This document shows, one piece after another, positions 1 to 7,735 of a stretch of DNA of 13,898 bases. The DNA comes from a virus. The notes beneath the pieces were generated by a model that searched no databases, had not been told where the DNA came from, and worked only from the letters and a program-made list of their open reading frames with translations. How positions within the stretch are numbered: the stretch's first letter is position 1; each line of letters begins with the position of its first letter. The translations under genes were made by a program, and so were the position numbers. Where the stretch lies: the UHGV virus genome UHGV-0274736. One strand, 5' to 3'.

Positions 1-349
1 CGGCAATATACTGGCGCTTGTTGGTACGCTTGATAATTGCCGCATCTACCGCCGCCTGAATCGTGGTATGCGTTACACCTTGAGTGCCCGCCGGGCCGAC
101 AACAAAGTCAGGTTGCGCAGGCAGGGTAATCGGGGAAGGATTCCACGCTGCTGCACCTGGTGTCAGGGATGCAAAATAGTGTTGAGCATCGAAATTCTGC
201 GCTTCTTTTGCCGACAGAATCGGGCGAGAAGAGGTACCAGGCGCGGTTTGATCAGAAGGACGTTGATCGGGCGGGGTTGAGCTACAGGCGGTCAGCGTCA
301 CGCCAAAAGCCAATGCCAGCGCCAGACGGGAAACTGAAAATGTGTTCAC
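1..349 (-). CDS. ybhC: YbhC-like outer-membrane lipoprotein (pectinesterase family), 5' portion only; gene continues past the window start
   Basis: Minus-strand frame open from GTG at 347-349 to the window edge; N-terminus VNTFSVSRLALALAFGVTLTAC is a lipoprotein signal peptide with lipobox Cys; GGAG about 7 nt upstream; matches recalled E. coli YbhC, the gene flanking attB-lambda. Not in the ORF track because it has no stop in the window. Confidence 0.7.
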   Translation of the reverse strand, partial: MNTFSVSRLALALAFGVTLTACSSTPPDQRPSDQTAPGTSSRPILSAKEAQNFDAQHYFASLTPGAAAWNPSPITLPAQPDFVVGPAGTQGVTHTTIQAAVDAAIIKRTNKRQYIA

Positions 350-380
350 AGGTTGCTCCGGGCTATGAAATAGAAAAATG

Positions 381-500
381 AATCCGTTGAAGCCTGCTTT
401 TTTATACTAAGTTGGCATTATAAAAAAGCATTGCTTATCAATTTGTTGCAACTAACAGGTCACTATCAGTCAAAATAAAATCATTATTTGATTTCAATTT
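381..500. other. attL (B-O-P'): 15-bp lambda core GCTTTTTTATACTAA at 396-410, host-type B arm to the left, phage P' arm with arm-type Int/IHF sites to the right
   Basis: Core sequence read directly at 396-410; downstream GTTGGCATTATAAAAAAGCATTGCTTATCAATTTGTTGCAAC...CAGTCAAAATAAAATCATTATTTG matches the recalled lambda attP P' arm; upstream tgaagcct matches recalled attB side. Confidence 0.85.
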
Positions 501-1554
501 TGTCCCACTCCCTGCCTCTGTCATCACGATACTGTGATGCCATGGTGTCCGACTTATGCCCGAGAAGATGTTGAGCAAACTTATCGCTTATCTGCTTCTC
601 ATAGAGTCTTGCAGACAAACTGCGCAACTCGTGAAAGGTAGGCGGATCCCCTTCGAAGGAAAGACCTGATGCTTTTCGTGCGCGCATAAAATACCTTGAT
701 ACTGTGCCGGATGAAAGCGGTTCACGACGAGTAGATGCAATTATGGTTTCTCCGCCAAGAATCTCTTTGCATTTATCAAGTGTTTCCTTCATTGATATCC
801 CGAGAGCATCAACATGCAATGTTGTTGGGATGGCAATTTTTACGCCTGTTTTGCTTTGCTCGACATAAAGATATCCATCTACGATATCAGACCACTTCAT
901 TTCGCATAAATCACCAACTCGTTGCCCGGTAACAACAGCCAGTTCCATTGCAAGTCTGAGCCAACATGGTGATGATTCTGCTGCTTGATAAATTTTCAGG
1001 TATTCGTCAGCCGTAAGTCTTGATCTCCTTACCTCTGATTTTGCTGCGCGAGTGGCAGCGACAGGGTTTGTTGTTATATGGCCTTCAGCTATTGCCTCTC
1101 GGAATGCATCGCTCAGTGTTGATCTGATTAACTTGGCTGACGCCGCCTTGCCATCGTCTATGTATCCATTGAGCATTGCCGCAATTTCTTTTGTGGTGAT
1201 GTCTTCAAGTGGAGCATCAGGCAGACCCCTCCTTATTGCTTTAATTTTGCTCATGTAATTTATGAGTGTCTTCTGCTTGATTCCTCTGCTGGCCAGGATT
1301 TTTTCGTAGCGATCAAGCCATGAATGTAACGTAACAGAATTATCACTGTTGATTCTCGCTGTCAGAGGCTTGTGTTTGTGTCCTGAAAATAACTCAATGT
1401 TGGCCTGTATAGCTTCAGTGATTGCTATCCTCCTGTCTCGGCCTAATCCAAACTCTTTACCCGTCCTTGGGTCCCTGTAGCAGTAATATCCATTGTTTCT
1501 TATATAAAGATTAGGGGGTAAATCCCGGCGCTCATGACTTCGCCTTCTTCCCAT
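484..1554 (-). CDS. int: Tyrosine integrase, lambda Int type (356 aa)
   Basis: ORF-track protein MGRRRSHERRDLPPNLYIRNNGYYCYRDPRTGKEFGLGRD...HLLGHKSDTMASQYRDDRGREWDKIEIK matches recalled lambda Int almost throughout; stop abuts attL P' arm. Confidence 0.97.
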   Translation of the reverse strand: MGRRRSHERRDLPPNLYIRNNGYYCYRDPRTGKEFGLGRDRRIAITEAIQANIELFSGHKHKPLTARINSDNSVTLHSWLDRYEKILASRGIKQKTLINYMSKIKAIRRGLPDAPLEDITTKEIAAMLNGYIDDGKAASAKLIRSTLSDAFREAIAEGHITTNPVAATRAAKSEVRRSRLTADEYLKIYQAAESSPCWLRLAMELAVVTGQRVGDLCEMKWSDIVDGYLYVEQSKTGVKIAIPTTLHVDALGISMKETLDKCKEILGGETIIASTRREPLSSGTVSRYFMRARKASGLSFEGDPPTFHELRSLSARLYEKQISDKFAQHLLGHKSDTMASQYRDDRGREWDKIEIK

Positions 1555-1750
1555 TTTTGATCCTCTTCAAAAGGCTACCTGTTACTGGTCGATTTAAGTC
1601 AACCTTTACCGCTGATTCGTGGAACAGATACTCTCTTCCATCCTTAACCGGAGGAGGGAATATCCTGCACTCGCGTACCCATCGACGAACTGTTTCAAGG
1701 CTTCTTGGGCGTCGCTGGCGTGCGTTCCACTCCTGAAGTGTCAAGTACAT
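1532..1750 (-). CDS. xis: Excisionase, lambda Xis type (72 aa)
   Basis: MYLTLQEWNARQRRPRSLETVRRWVRECRIFPPPVKDGREYLFHESAVKVDLNRP... matches recalled lambda Xis; 3' end overlaps int start by 23 nt as in lambda. Confidence 0.95.
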   Translation of the reverse strand: MYLTLQEWNARQRRPRSLETVRRWVRECRIFPPPVKDGREYLFHESAVKVDLNRPVTGSLLKRIKNGKKAKS

Positions 1751-1772
1751 CGCAAAGTCTCCGCAATTACAC

Positions 1773-1800
1773 GCAAGAAAAAGCCGCCATCAGGCGGCTT
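1773..1800 (-). terminator. Intrinsic-terminator-like hairpin on the minus strand (stem AAGCCGCC / GGCGGCTT, loop 4 nt) followed by a TTTCTT run
   Basis: Perfect 8-bp inverted repeat at 1781-1800 with a T-rich tract on the minus strand at 1773-1780; overlaps the stop of the 55-aa ORF upstream of xis. Confidence 0.45.
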
Positions 1801-1957
1801 GGTGTTCTTTCAGTTCTTCAATTCGAATATTGGTTACTTCTGCATGTGCTATCTGCGCCCATATCATCCAGTGGTTATAGCAGTCATTGATGTCCTCTGC
1901 TTCGATAACTATGTCGAATGGCTCTTCATTCCATTCACCTGTGACTCGGAAGTGCAT
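1790..1957 (-). CDS. Small hypothetical protein (55 aa) between xis and the DUF551-like gene
   Basis: ATG at 1955-1957 (minus) preceded by GGAGA 6 nt upstream; translates MHFRVTGEWNEEPFDIVIEAEDINDCYNHWMIWAQIAHAEVTNIRIEELKEHQAA; below the length cut-off of the ORF track. Lambda has a small ORF in the equivalent position. Confidence 0.5.
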   Translation of the reverse strand: MHFRVTGEWNEEPFDIVIEAEDINDCYNHWMIWAQIAHAEVTNIRIEELKEHQAA

Positions 1958-1962
1958 TTATC

Positions 1963-1994
1963 ATCTCCATAAAACAAAACTCGCCGTAGCGAGT
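1963..1994 (-). terminator. Hairpin (AACTCGC-CGTA-GCGAGTT) plus T-rich run on minus strand downstream of the DUF551-like gene
   Basis: 7-bp perfect inverted repeat at 1977-1994; minus-strand continuation TTGTTTTATGG at 1963-1976. Confidence 0.35.
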
Positions 1995-2057
1995 TCATAT
2001 AAAAGAAATCCCCGCGAGTGCGAGGATTGTTATTCACCTTTTACGGCAAGTTGCAGG

Positions 2058-3248
2058 TTAGCCACGGTTAACCTCCTGCGGAGGTTCCGGTAGAGGCATC
2101 CAGTGGGTTACATTGCGGCTCTGTGTTTCGAAAAATTCATCACCATTGCGGACAATATCGAAAAACTCTCCGTCTCGATATTGCGCATAAAGAACGAATG
2201 CGCCATCACATAAAATAATTACGTGCTGACCATCATCTGGCATTAGCTCACTACAGCTTATCCAACCATCCGGAGTTCCCGGAGTTGGTCCATCGAATTC
2301 GGGCATGTCAGGACCTTTTCTGATAGCTTTAGCCAGCTCCAGCGGGTCATCGTAAAGCCAGTCGCCAGTTTGTGGGTGATTTGCTTCTGCAAGCTGCGCA
2401 GCCCATTCAAGACCATCTTTTTGACCTTGGAGATAATCAAGTGGCAACTCTTCATGATTACTTGCAGGTTCGACACACTGAAGCATGGCAGCGTGGCAGG
2501 CATACTCAACGCCCTTAACTTCATCTGCGCAGTAGTTATAGCGATTGCATTCCACTAATTTCCATTTGAGTTTTTCAATTGCCTGCGCGACATCAGCCTG
2601 TATTACAGGAACTGGCGGAACGGCTGTTTGCTCTCGAACGTCATTAGTCGCTATCGGTTCTGCTGCCAACTGACTGGCATATTTGTTAATGGTAACGATA
2701 AGCTCTTGCTCAGCCTCATCCAGACAATCACCGATACCTCGCCTGTCACCGTCAAAATCATCGAAATCGGCACGAATCTTGGCAACCTTCAGGATTGCGG
2801 ACAACACCTCACTAGGAATTACCGGATAGTTGGTTGACGTTTCCGCGATTTCCCGAAAATTATTGGTTGACGAATTCTTGTTTTCCCGAAAGTTTCCGGA
2901 CTGAAGCATGGCGGCGCGGCAGGCGTTCCAGCCATCTGCGTAACAATCTCTGTGTGTCTTGAAATATGTCACCGCCCTTGGTACATCGTTTACGTCTATT
3001 TCATCCGGCACAACCGGCGCAGGTGAGTCAGCATAAACAGGAATAACGTCCGGTTGCTCTTTATTGCTTTCATCCGTTAAAGCCCAGAATAATTTCCCGG
3101 CCGGATGTTTGAAAATATAAGCAACTGGTTCGGCTTCCAGTGATGCCAGCGCAATTCGTGCCAGTTCCATTTGTTCGCCACGGGTAAGCCCGTTATCAAG
3201 CGGATTTTTAATGAATAATTCGATACGTTCTTTGGTAATAGTGGTCAT
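2058..3248 (-). CDS. Prophage protein with C-terminal DUF551-like domain (396 aa)
   Basis: Start ATG with GAGGAT SD; stop overlaps nothing; C-terminal segment WISCSELMPDDGQHVIILCDGAFVLYAQY...THWMPLPEPP resembles the DUF551 signature as I recall it; start codon overlaps the stop of the upstream gene (ATGA). Confidence 0.6.
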   Translation of the reverse strand: MTTITKERIELFIKNPLDNGLTRGEQMELARIALASLEAEPVAYIFKHPAGKLFWALTDESNKEQPDVIPVYADSPAPVVPDEIDVNDVPRAVTYFKTHRDCYADGWNACRAAMLQSGNFRENKNSSTNNFREIAETSTNYPVIPSEVLSAILKVAKIRADFDDFDGDRRGIGDCLDEAEQELIVTINKYASQLAAEPIATNDVREQTAVPPVPVIQADVAQAIEKLKWKLVECNRYNYCADEVKGVEYACHAAMLQCVEPASNHEELPLDYLQGQKDGLEWAAQLAEANHPQTGDWLYDDPLELAKAIRKGPDMPEFDGPTPGTPDGWISCSELMPDDGQHVIILCDGAFVLYAQYRDGEFFDIVRNGDEFFETQSRNVTHWMPLPEPPQEVNRG

Positions 3249-3454
3249 TTGTTAATCCTCAAAACTTTATGCCCGGGCGCAAAAGCACGTGTTTTGTCTT
3301 TACTTATTCGCCACCCGTCTTTACGGGCCTCTTTTGCACAACCAGACCATGACGTACCGATATACTCACCGAAGTCTGGCACTGGATATACACCCTCCGT
3401 ACACTGGCGGCAGTCACAATAGAGATGCATGGTGTAACTTGCAGCGATAGCCAT
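3245..3454 (-). CDS. Small Cys-rich protein (69 aa), possible zinc-binding
   Basis: AAGGAG SD before ATG at 3454; motif C-D-C-x2-C plus a later Cys; translationally coupled to neighbours on both sides. Confidence 0.55.
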   Translation of the reverse strand: MAIAASYTMHLYCDCRQCTEGVYPVPDFGEYIGTSWSGCAKEARKDGWRISKDKTRAFAPGHKVLRINK

Positions 3455-3455
3455 A

Positions 3456-4163
3456 TCACTCTCCTTTGATGCGAATGCCTGCGGCGCGGATTGCAGCGAT
3501 GACTTCAGAAACTTTGTATGCCATTACCGTTTGGTAATCATCGTGAAAATCTGTTCGATGAAGCATGCTGCTACGTTCCGGGAGCGATATTTCCCGAGCA
3601 TCCAGTTCCTTAACGCGTTCCTCCAGTTCGTAGACCCTGCATTGTTCTCTATCATCAATCAGATATAACCCAAGACATTCGCTTTCTACCCAACCGCCAA
3701 AATCATGATCGTAACGCTCACATGAAAACTCACCGTCACCGTCCTTTGTTGGAATGGTGTAACTATCTAATGGGCCACCATATGTCGGCACATTTCCCAA
3801 TGTTGGATGCTCAATCCACATGAAAAATGCACGTCCGGTTATTGGGCAAATATCTGGCCGCCATTGGTTACGAACAGCCTTGGTTTCGGATAATTCTTCA
3901 GCGTGTTGTTTTACTTCCTCAAGCTCAACTCTCAGCTTCCCCACCGTTAGCGCAATATCCTCGTTCTCCTGATCGCGGCTTTTGATGTATTGCAGGTTTC
4001 TTTCCCGTTCATCCAACAATGCCAGCGCGATATCTGGCGAAAAGTGCTTCATAAAATCGTTAAGCGCATTAATTCGCTGATCGAAAGGCATTACAGGTGC
4101 TTCACCAGCAATTTTTGTTTTTTCAGCGATTTCACGAAGCTTTTGATAATCAATCTTGCTCAC
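3456..4163 (-). CDS. Ea22-like protein (235 aa)
   Basis: GTG start with AGGAGG SD; segments LLDERERNLQYIKSRDQENEDIALTVGKLRVELEE and C-terminal AAGIRIKGE resemble recalled conserved N- and C-terminal regions of lambda Ea22, with a divergent middle region. Confidence 0.5.
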   Translation of the reverse strand: MSKIDYQKLREIAEKTKIAGEAPVMPFDQRINALNDFMKHFSPDIALALLDERERNLQYIKSRDQENEDIALTVGKLRVELEEVKQHAEELSETKAVRNQWRPDICPITGRAFFMWIEHPTLGNVPTYGGPLDSYTIPTKDGDGEFSCERYDHDFGGWVESECLGLYLIDDREQCRVYELEERVKELDAREISLPERSSMLHRTDFHDDYQTVMAYKVSEVIAAIRAAGIRIKGE

Positions 4164-4404
4164 TGGTTGCCTCCTGCTTTTCTGCCTTCAACACCATGCG
4201 AGAACCATCATCCAGCTCCCACACGATCTCACCACCTTCAGCCATGACCAGTTGCCACACCAATTGAGCAGCCTCATTGGTAACATCACGACCTAGATCA
4301 TTGCCAACTCGCATACGTCCACCTTCAACATCGCGCATTTTTGCCAGCATGATAGTTTTTGATAGCGGTGAAAAACCAAGCTGTAGTCGTGCGGAATTAC
4401 TCAC
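4150..4404 (-). CDS. Hypothetical protein (84 aa)
   Basis: GTG start with AGGAGG SD 6 nt upstream; 3' end overlaps Ea22-like start; same strand and operon context. Confidence 0.55.
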   Translation of the reverse strand: MSNSARLQLGFSPLSKTIMLAKMRDVEGGRMRVGNDLGRDVTNEAAQLVWQLVMAEGGEIVWELDDGSRMVLKAEKQEATSEQD

Positions 4405-4568
4405 TGCTTGCCTCCTTTACGCCACATCGCATTCAGATATTTGTTGTCATTAACAGAGCCGAAACTATTTCTCTTAAGCAATTCCTCTCTCGATGGCATT
4501 GGCTTTACGCGTTGGCGAATAATCATTTCTGCCGGAAGAATGCCGGGATTGTATGCAAGTCCTCTCAT
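4401..4568 (-). CDS. Hypothetical protein (55 aa from internal Met; track ORF extends to 4601)
   Basis: TAAGGA SD 7 nt before ATG at 4566-4568, directly after the stop of the upstream gene; the longer track ORF start at 4601 lacks an SD and would overlap the upstream gene. Confidence 0.45.
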   Translation of the reverse strand: MRGLAYNPGILPAEMIIRQRVKPMPSREELLKRNSFGSVNDNKYLNAMWRKGGKQ

Positions 4569-4578
4569 GGTAAATTCC

Positions 4579-4875
4579 TTAGTCATTACTGATAGCGCCA
4601 TAGCGTGAGCGGTAATTACGCAGACGCGGGTCGATATATTCAGGGAATTTGTCTATTGTCGCTTTTCGCAACGGTCTCATTGCTGTTTCGTTTGTTCGGT
4701 CCTTCTCCTGTTTTAGCGCGAGTTGTATATCGCGTCGGTACTTCCGTTCTTCTTTTGTTTCTGGTGGCAGAGCAAGAAACGCGTCGAGATTATTCTTGAT
4801 ATTTTCCAGCACCTCCGATATGGAATTGCCGGAACAGCGGCGCGGGTCGTCCGCACCATATAGAGGCGCTGGCAT
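4579..4875 (-). CDS. Hypothetical protein (98 aa)
   Basis: Complete minus-strand ORF in operon context; weak SD; no recognised motif. Confidence 0.5.
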   Translation of the reverse strand: MPAPLYGADDPRRCSGNSISEVLENIKNNLDAFLALPPETKEERKYRRDIQLALKQEKDRTNETAMRPLRKATIDKFPEYIDPRLRNYRSRYGAISND

Positions 4876-4898
4876 AATGGGAGCCTTATTTTCAGTGA

Positions 4899-5486
4899 TC
4901 AGAAAGGAGGGTAATCGTTCTGGCTGTAACCATAATCATCTGCATGATTATGGCTTACGTTTTTAGAGCGATTGTCTTTATCTTTGAGGCTGGCAACCAT
5001 GTTGGCGATAGTTTCTGGTTGCTTGCCTTCCGCCTTTTCTTTAAGGGTTTGACCTGTTTGTGCAATAAACGGGATGCGTATTTCCATCTGGTAGCTGTCT
5101 GCGCCAGTCTTTTTGTTTGTGGTTAATACTTTCTGGAGCACTAACCCGATTTTCTTTCCATGAAATTCAGGTGCAACAAATTTACTGGCGGAAACCATAT
5201 GTTGCGTTAATTGTCCAATCCCGGCACACCCCATCATGGCGTGAACGACATTTGTGCCAAATTTGTTTTCCGTTCCGTCATTTTTCTGAACACAGACGCT
5301 AAGATATTGGATTTTACGTCCGTCGTCGGATTCGCCAGAAAACTCAATAAATTTGGCTCCTTTTTCTGATTGCTTTAGTTCTGCTTCAGTAATGGTAATG
5401 ATATGAGCGCCAGTTTCGTTAATAAAACCGCCTTGTCCTGCGGTCAGTGCTGCTTCTTCGTTATAAGTAAAAATCACGCTGATCAT
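4899..5486 (-). CDS. SSB-like recombination accessory protein, DUF669-type (195 aa)
   Basis: N-terminal pattern G-x-F/Y...ITEAELKQSEKGAKFIEF typical of DUF669 as I recall it; acidic C-terminal tail ending DDYGYSQNDYPPF resembles the SSB C-terminal DDDIPF tip; ATGA overlap with the upstream ATPase gene. Confidence 0.55.
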   Translation of the reverse strand: MISVIFTYNEEAALTAGQGGFINETGAHIITITEAELKQSEKGAKFIEFSGESDDGRKIQYLSVCVQKNDGTENKFGTNVVHAMMGCAGIGQLTQHMVSASKFVAPEFHGKKIGLVLQKVLTTNKKTGADSYQMEIRIPFIAQTGQTLKEKAEGKQPETIANMVASLKDKDNRSKNVSHNHADDYGYSQNDYPPF

Positions 5487-6163
5487 GCGGCGTTTTCCTT
5501 AATTTGATGAACATTATTGATGCCGTAGTAATCACAAACAGTGGCATCGACGAAAGAGAGATCGTTATCAATCTCATTGGAATCAAACATTCCCATTGGG
5601 GATTTAACAGTGTCTGCACCGTTGTTTTTCGTGATGAAAAAGAACTGGTCATCGCGGGTAAGAGTGCGAAGAACTATAGTAAACATGCCTTCGACAGTGA
5701 TTTTCTCGTCCAGCATTTTGCCGATAGTTTTCATTTTCACGCGCCCCATAGGGGTTTCTTCGGTATGGGCAAGAAAATAGACTCTCAGGTCATCAGGCGC
5801 ATCCTGTGCAGCCTTAATGACCTCCCATGCGTGACGGCCTATCTCAGTGAATTTATCAAACGATTTTTCTTCTGAGCGGCGCATAAACTCATTGCTCATC
5901 ACATACTGGAAGTCATCAACAATAACGATTCTTTTCCCGTATTCGTGAGCACGCTTAATTACGGCAACTATTACGTCCCATTTGTCAGTGGTGACTACGG
6001 TTCCTTTTTTTGCTCTGGCATCCCATGCAAGCCAGTCTTTTGATTTAAATGGTAGCGGCTTGCCTATTGGTTTTATAAGTATTGCTTCCTCGGGATTGAT
6101 ATTTCTCATGCTGGTTGATTTTCCGGTGCCAGACTCACCGAGTATTAATGTCGCAGTTCCCAT
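5483..6163 (-). CDS. Sak4-like RecA-fold ATPase (AAA_24 type, 226 aa)
   Basis: Walker A GESGTGKST near the N-terminus, Walker B RIVIVDDF; size and position next to an SSB-like gene are typical of phage Sak4 recombinases; GAGGTGA SD. Confidence 0.75.
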   Translation of the reverse strand: MGTATLILGESGTGKSTSMRNINPEEAILIKPIGKPLPFKSKDWLAWDARAKKGTVVTTDKWDVIVAVIKRAHEYGKRIVIVDDFQYVMSNEFMRRSEEKSFDKFTEIGRHAWEVIKAAQDAPDDLRVYFLAHTEETPMGRVKMKTIGKMLDEKITVEGMFTIVLRTLTRDDQFFFITKNNGADTVKSPMGMFDSNEIDNDLSFVDATVCDYYGINNVHQIKENAA

Positions 6164-6171
6164 AATTCACC

Positions 6172-6360
6172 TCAGAATGGTAATTCGGATGGAGAGGAAA
6201 GAAACTCGCGCTCATTCATGCGCTCTCTTTGTGCCTGCCATAAAGAAAGTTGTTTCTTTGATTTATCTCCCGCTTTACGCCAGTAACGAGCCTCAGCAAT
6301 GTGATATTCTCTTTTTAATCGACTTAACTCTGGGGTTTTCGCCAGTTCTACCGGAATCAT
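6172..6360 (-). CDS. Small hypothetical protein (62 aa from second Met; track ORF starts at 6372)
   Basis: GGAGG 6 nt upstream of the ATG at 6358-6360; ATGA overlap with kil stop; occupies the position of gam in lambda but is not Gam-like. Confidence 0.45.
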   Translation of the reverse strand: MIPVELAKTPELSRLKREYHIAEARYWRKAGDKSKKQLSLWQAQRERMNEREFLSSPSELPF

Positions 6361-6470
6361 TTTGACCTCCATTTTCTGTAGGCTTCTACGGCTTCACGAA
6401 ACATCTTTTCATCGCCAATAAAAGTGGCGATAGTGAATTTAGTCTGGATAGCCATAAGTGTTTTATCCAT
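6357..6470 (-). CDS. kil: Kil-like host cell-division inhibitor (37 aa)
   Basis: MDKTLMAIQTKFTIATFIGDEKMFREAVEAYRKW resembles recalled lambda Kil; start overlaps cIII stop by 8 nt, as kil and cIII overlap in lambda. The track lists a longer 67-aa ORF with a probably spurious N-terminal extension. Confidence 0.6.
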   Translation of the reverse strand: MDKTLMAIQTKFTIATFIGDEKMFREAVEAYRKWRSK

Positions 6471-6609
6471 TTTTGGGAACTCCTGGCTGATTAAGTACGT
6501 CGATGAGTCGTTTCCATCCGTCACGTAATTTACGGGTGATTCGTTCAAGTAAAGATTCATTTAGTTGGAAGGCACCCATGCGAGCGCCTCCCGCGATTGC
6601 GTAAATCAT
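6463..6609 (-). CDS. cIII: CIII-like protein (FtsH inhibitor, stabiliser of CII), 48 aa
   Basis: Translates MIYAIAGGARMGAFQLNESLLERITRKLRDGWKRLIDVLNQPGVPKNG; the segment ESLLERITRKLRDGWKRLID-LNQPGVPKNG matches recalled lambda CIII; AAGGA SD; below the length cut-off of the ORF track. Confidence 0.8.
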   Translation of the reverse strand: MIYAIAGGARMGAFQLNESLLERITRKLRDGWKRLIDVLNQPGVPKNG

Positions 6610-6633
6610 GGGTGGTTCCTTATGTTGGTTTTA

Positions 6634-7602
6634 TTAGTAGATTATTTTTGTTGCGAATACTTCGCCTTTTACGATGGCTGTTATGATATTTTTAGCAACA
6701 TCTTCTGATGCGCCAACCTTGATAAGGTCAGCAAGTATTTTGTTATTTACTTCTTTCCGGTGAGCTTTATCCTTTGCTCTACGCTCTTCTTCGTCCTTGA
6801 TTCTTTTTTCTTCTGCTATTCTGGCTTGCTCTTTTGCTTCAGCTTCGCGCCGGATTCGTTCAGCCTCCTCCTGTGCTTTTCGGCGTTCTGCTTCAATTGC
6901 CGCCTGCTTTTCTCTTTCAGCTCGTTCTGCTGCCTCTTTTGCTTCGCGCTGTGCTCGTTGCTCGGCTTCAATGCGTTCACGCTCTGCACGTTCCGCTGCG
7001 GCCTTAGCTTCTGCTTCTCGCCTTGCTGCTGCTTCAATTTCGGCTTTTGCCTTTGCTTCGGCTTCAGCTCTGGCTTTCTCTTCAGCTTCTCTTTTTAAGC
7101 GTTCTTCATGCTCTCGCTTTTCCTGCTCCGCTTTGAGTCTTGCCTCTTCTCTTTGGCGGTCAAATTCGCGATCCATCAAAATAGCTATTTCATGGTCAGA
7201 CTCAATTTGCTTTGCGAGAGCTTCAGCTGCTGCCTTAGCTTCTTCTTCGGCTTTAATCCGTGCCTGTTCCTCCTCATAATCAGTAAGAGGCTGGCGCGCC
7301 TTGGCTTTCAGTTCATCAAGGCGATCGCGCACTGTCTTGCGGTTGGCATCAATTAGCTTTGGAATTTCCTTCAGTTCAGCAACAAGGTCTTTGCCAAGAC
7401 CATCGAGATATGTTTTCGTCTGCGCAACTTTATACGCCAGAGAAGCGATCTCCTTTCTGCCCTTTGCCGTTGTGATATCAGGCACAAAGGACATAACTTC
7501 ACGTTCAACCCTTTGAAGGATTTCTTCAATCTGGTCGGCAGACTGAAATACAGTCATTGCATTTGCTTTTTCAATAACAACTAAATCTGTTACTTCACTC
7601 AT
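6634..7602 (-). CDS. Glu/Ala/Lys/Arg-rich coiled-coil protein (322 aa) with globular N- and C-terminal ends
   Basis: GGAGGA SD 5 nt before ATG; about 170 residues of EAKR-type low-complexity repeat (REAEEKARAEAEAKAKAEIEAAARREAEAK...); the plus-strand ORFs in the same interval are antisense artefacts of the repeat. Confidence 0.75.
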   Translation of the reverse strand: MSEVTDLVVIEKANAMTVFQSADQIEEILQRVEREVMSFVPDITTAKGRKEIASLAYKVAQTKTYLDGLGKDLVAELKEIPKLIDANRKTVRDRLDELKAKARQPLTDYEEEQARIKAEEEAKAAAEALAKQIESDHEIAILMDREFDRQREEARLKAEQEKREHEERLKREAEEKARAEAEAKAKAEIEAAARREAEAKAAAERAERERIEAEQRAQREAKEAAERAEREKQAAIEAERRKAQEEAERIRREAEAKEQARIAEEKRIKDEEERRAKDKAHRKEVNNKILADLIKVGASEDVAKNIITAIVKGEVFATKIIY

Positions 7603-7735
7603 ATATCCTCCGTCAAAAAATTGCCCTCACACTGGAGAGCAAAGAAGATTTCCAATAATCAGAACAAGTCTGCTCCTGTTTAGTTACGAGCGACATTGCT
7701 CCGTGTATTCACTCGTTGGAATGAATAAACAGTGC

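Noticed and set aside
2069-2085. Perfect inverted repeat AACCTCC-TGC-GGAGGTT as a possible terminator
   Set aside because: It lies inside the 3' coding region of the DUF551-like gene (encoding PEPPQEV) with no T-tract; a better hairpin plus T-run lies just downstream at 1963-1994.
1619-2093. Plus-strand ORFs (117, 61 and 68 aa) spanning the xis start and the xis-DUF551 interval
   Set aside because: They are opposite to the operon direction, overlap xis and the 55-aa minus-strand ORF, and lack SD sequences.
6760-7516. Several plus-strand ORFs (112, 160, 82 and 71 aa) rich in Ser/Ala/Phe/Cys/Leu
   Set aside because: They are antisense or out-of-frame readings of the repetitive DNA that encodes the EAKR coiled-coil protein on the minus strand; their low-complexity composition is an artefact of the repeat.
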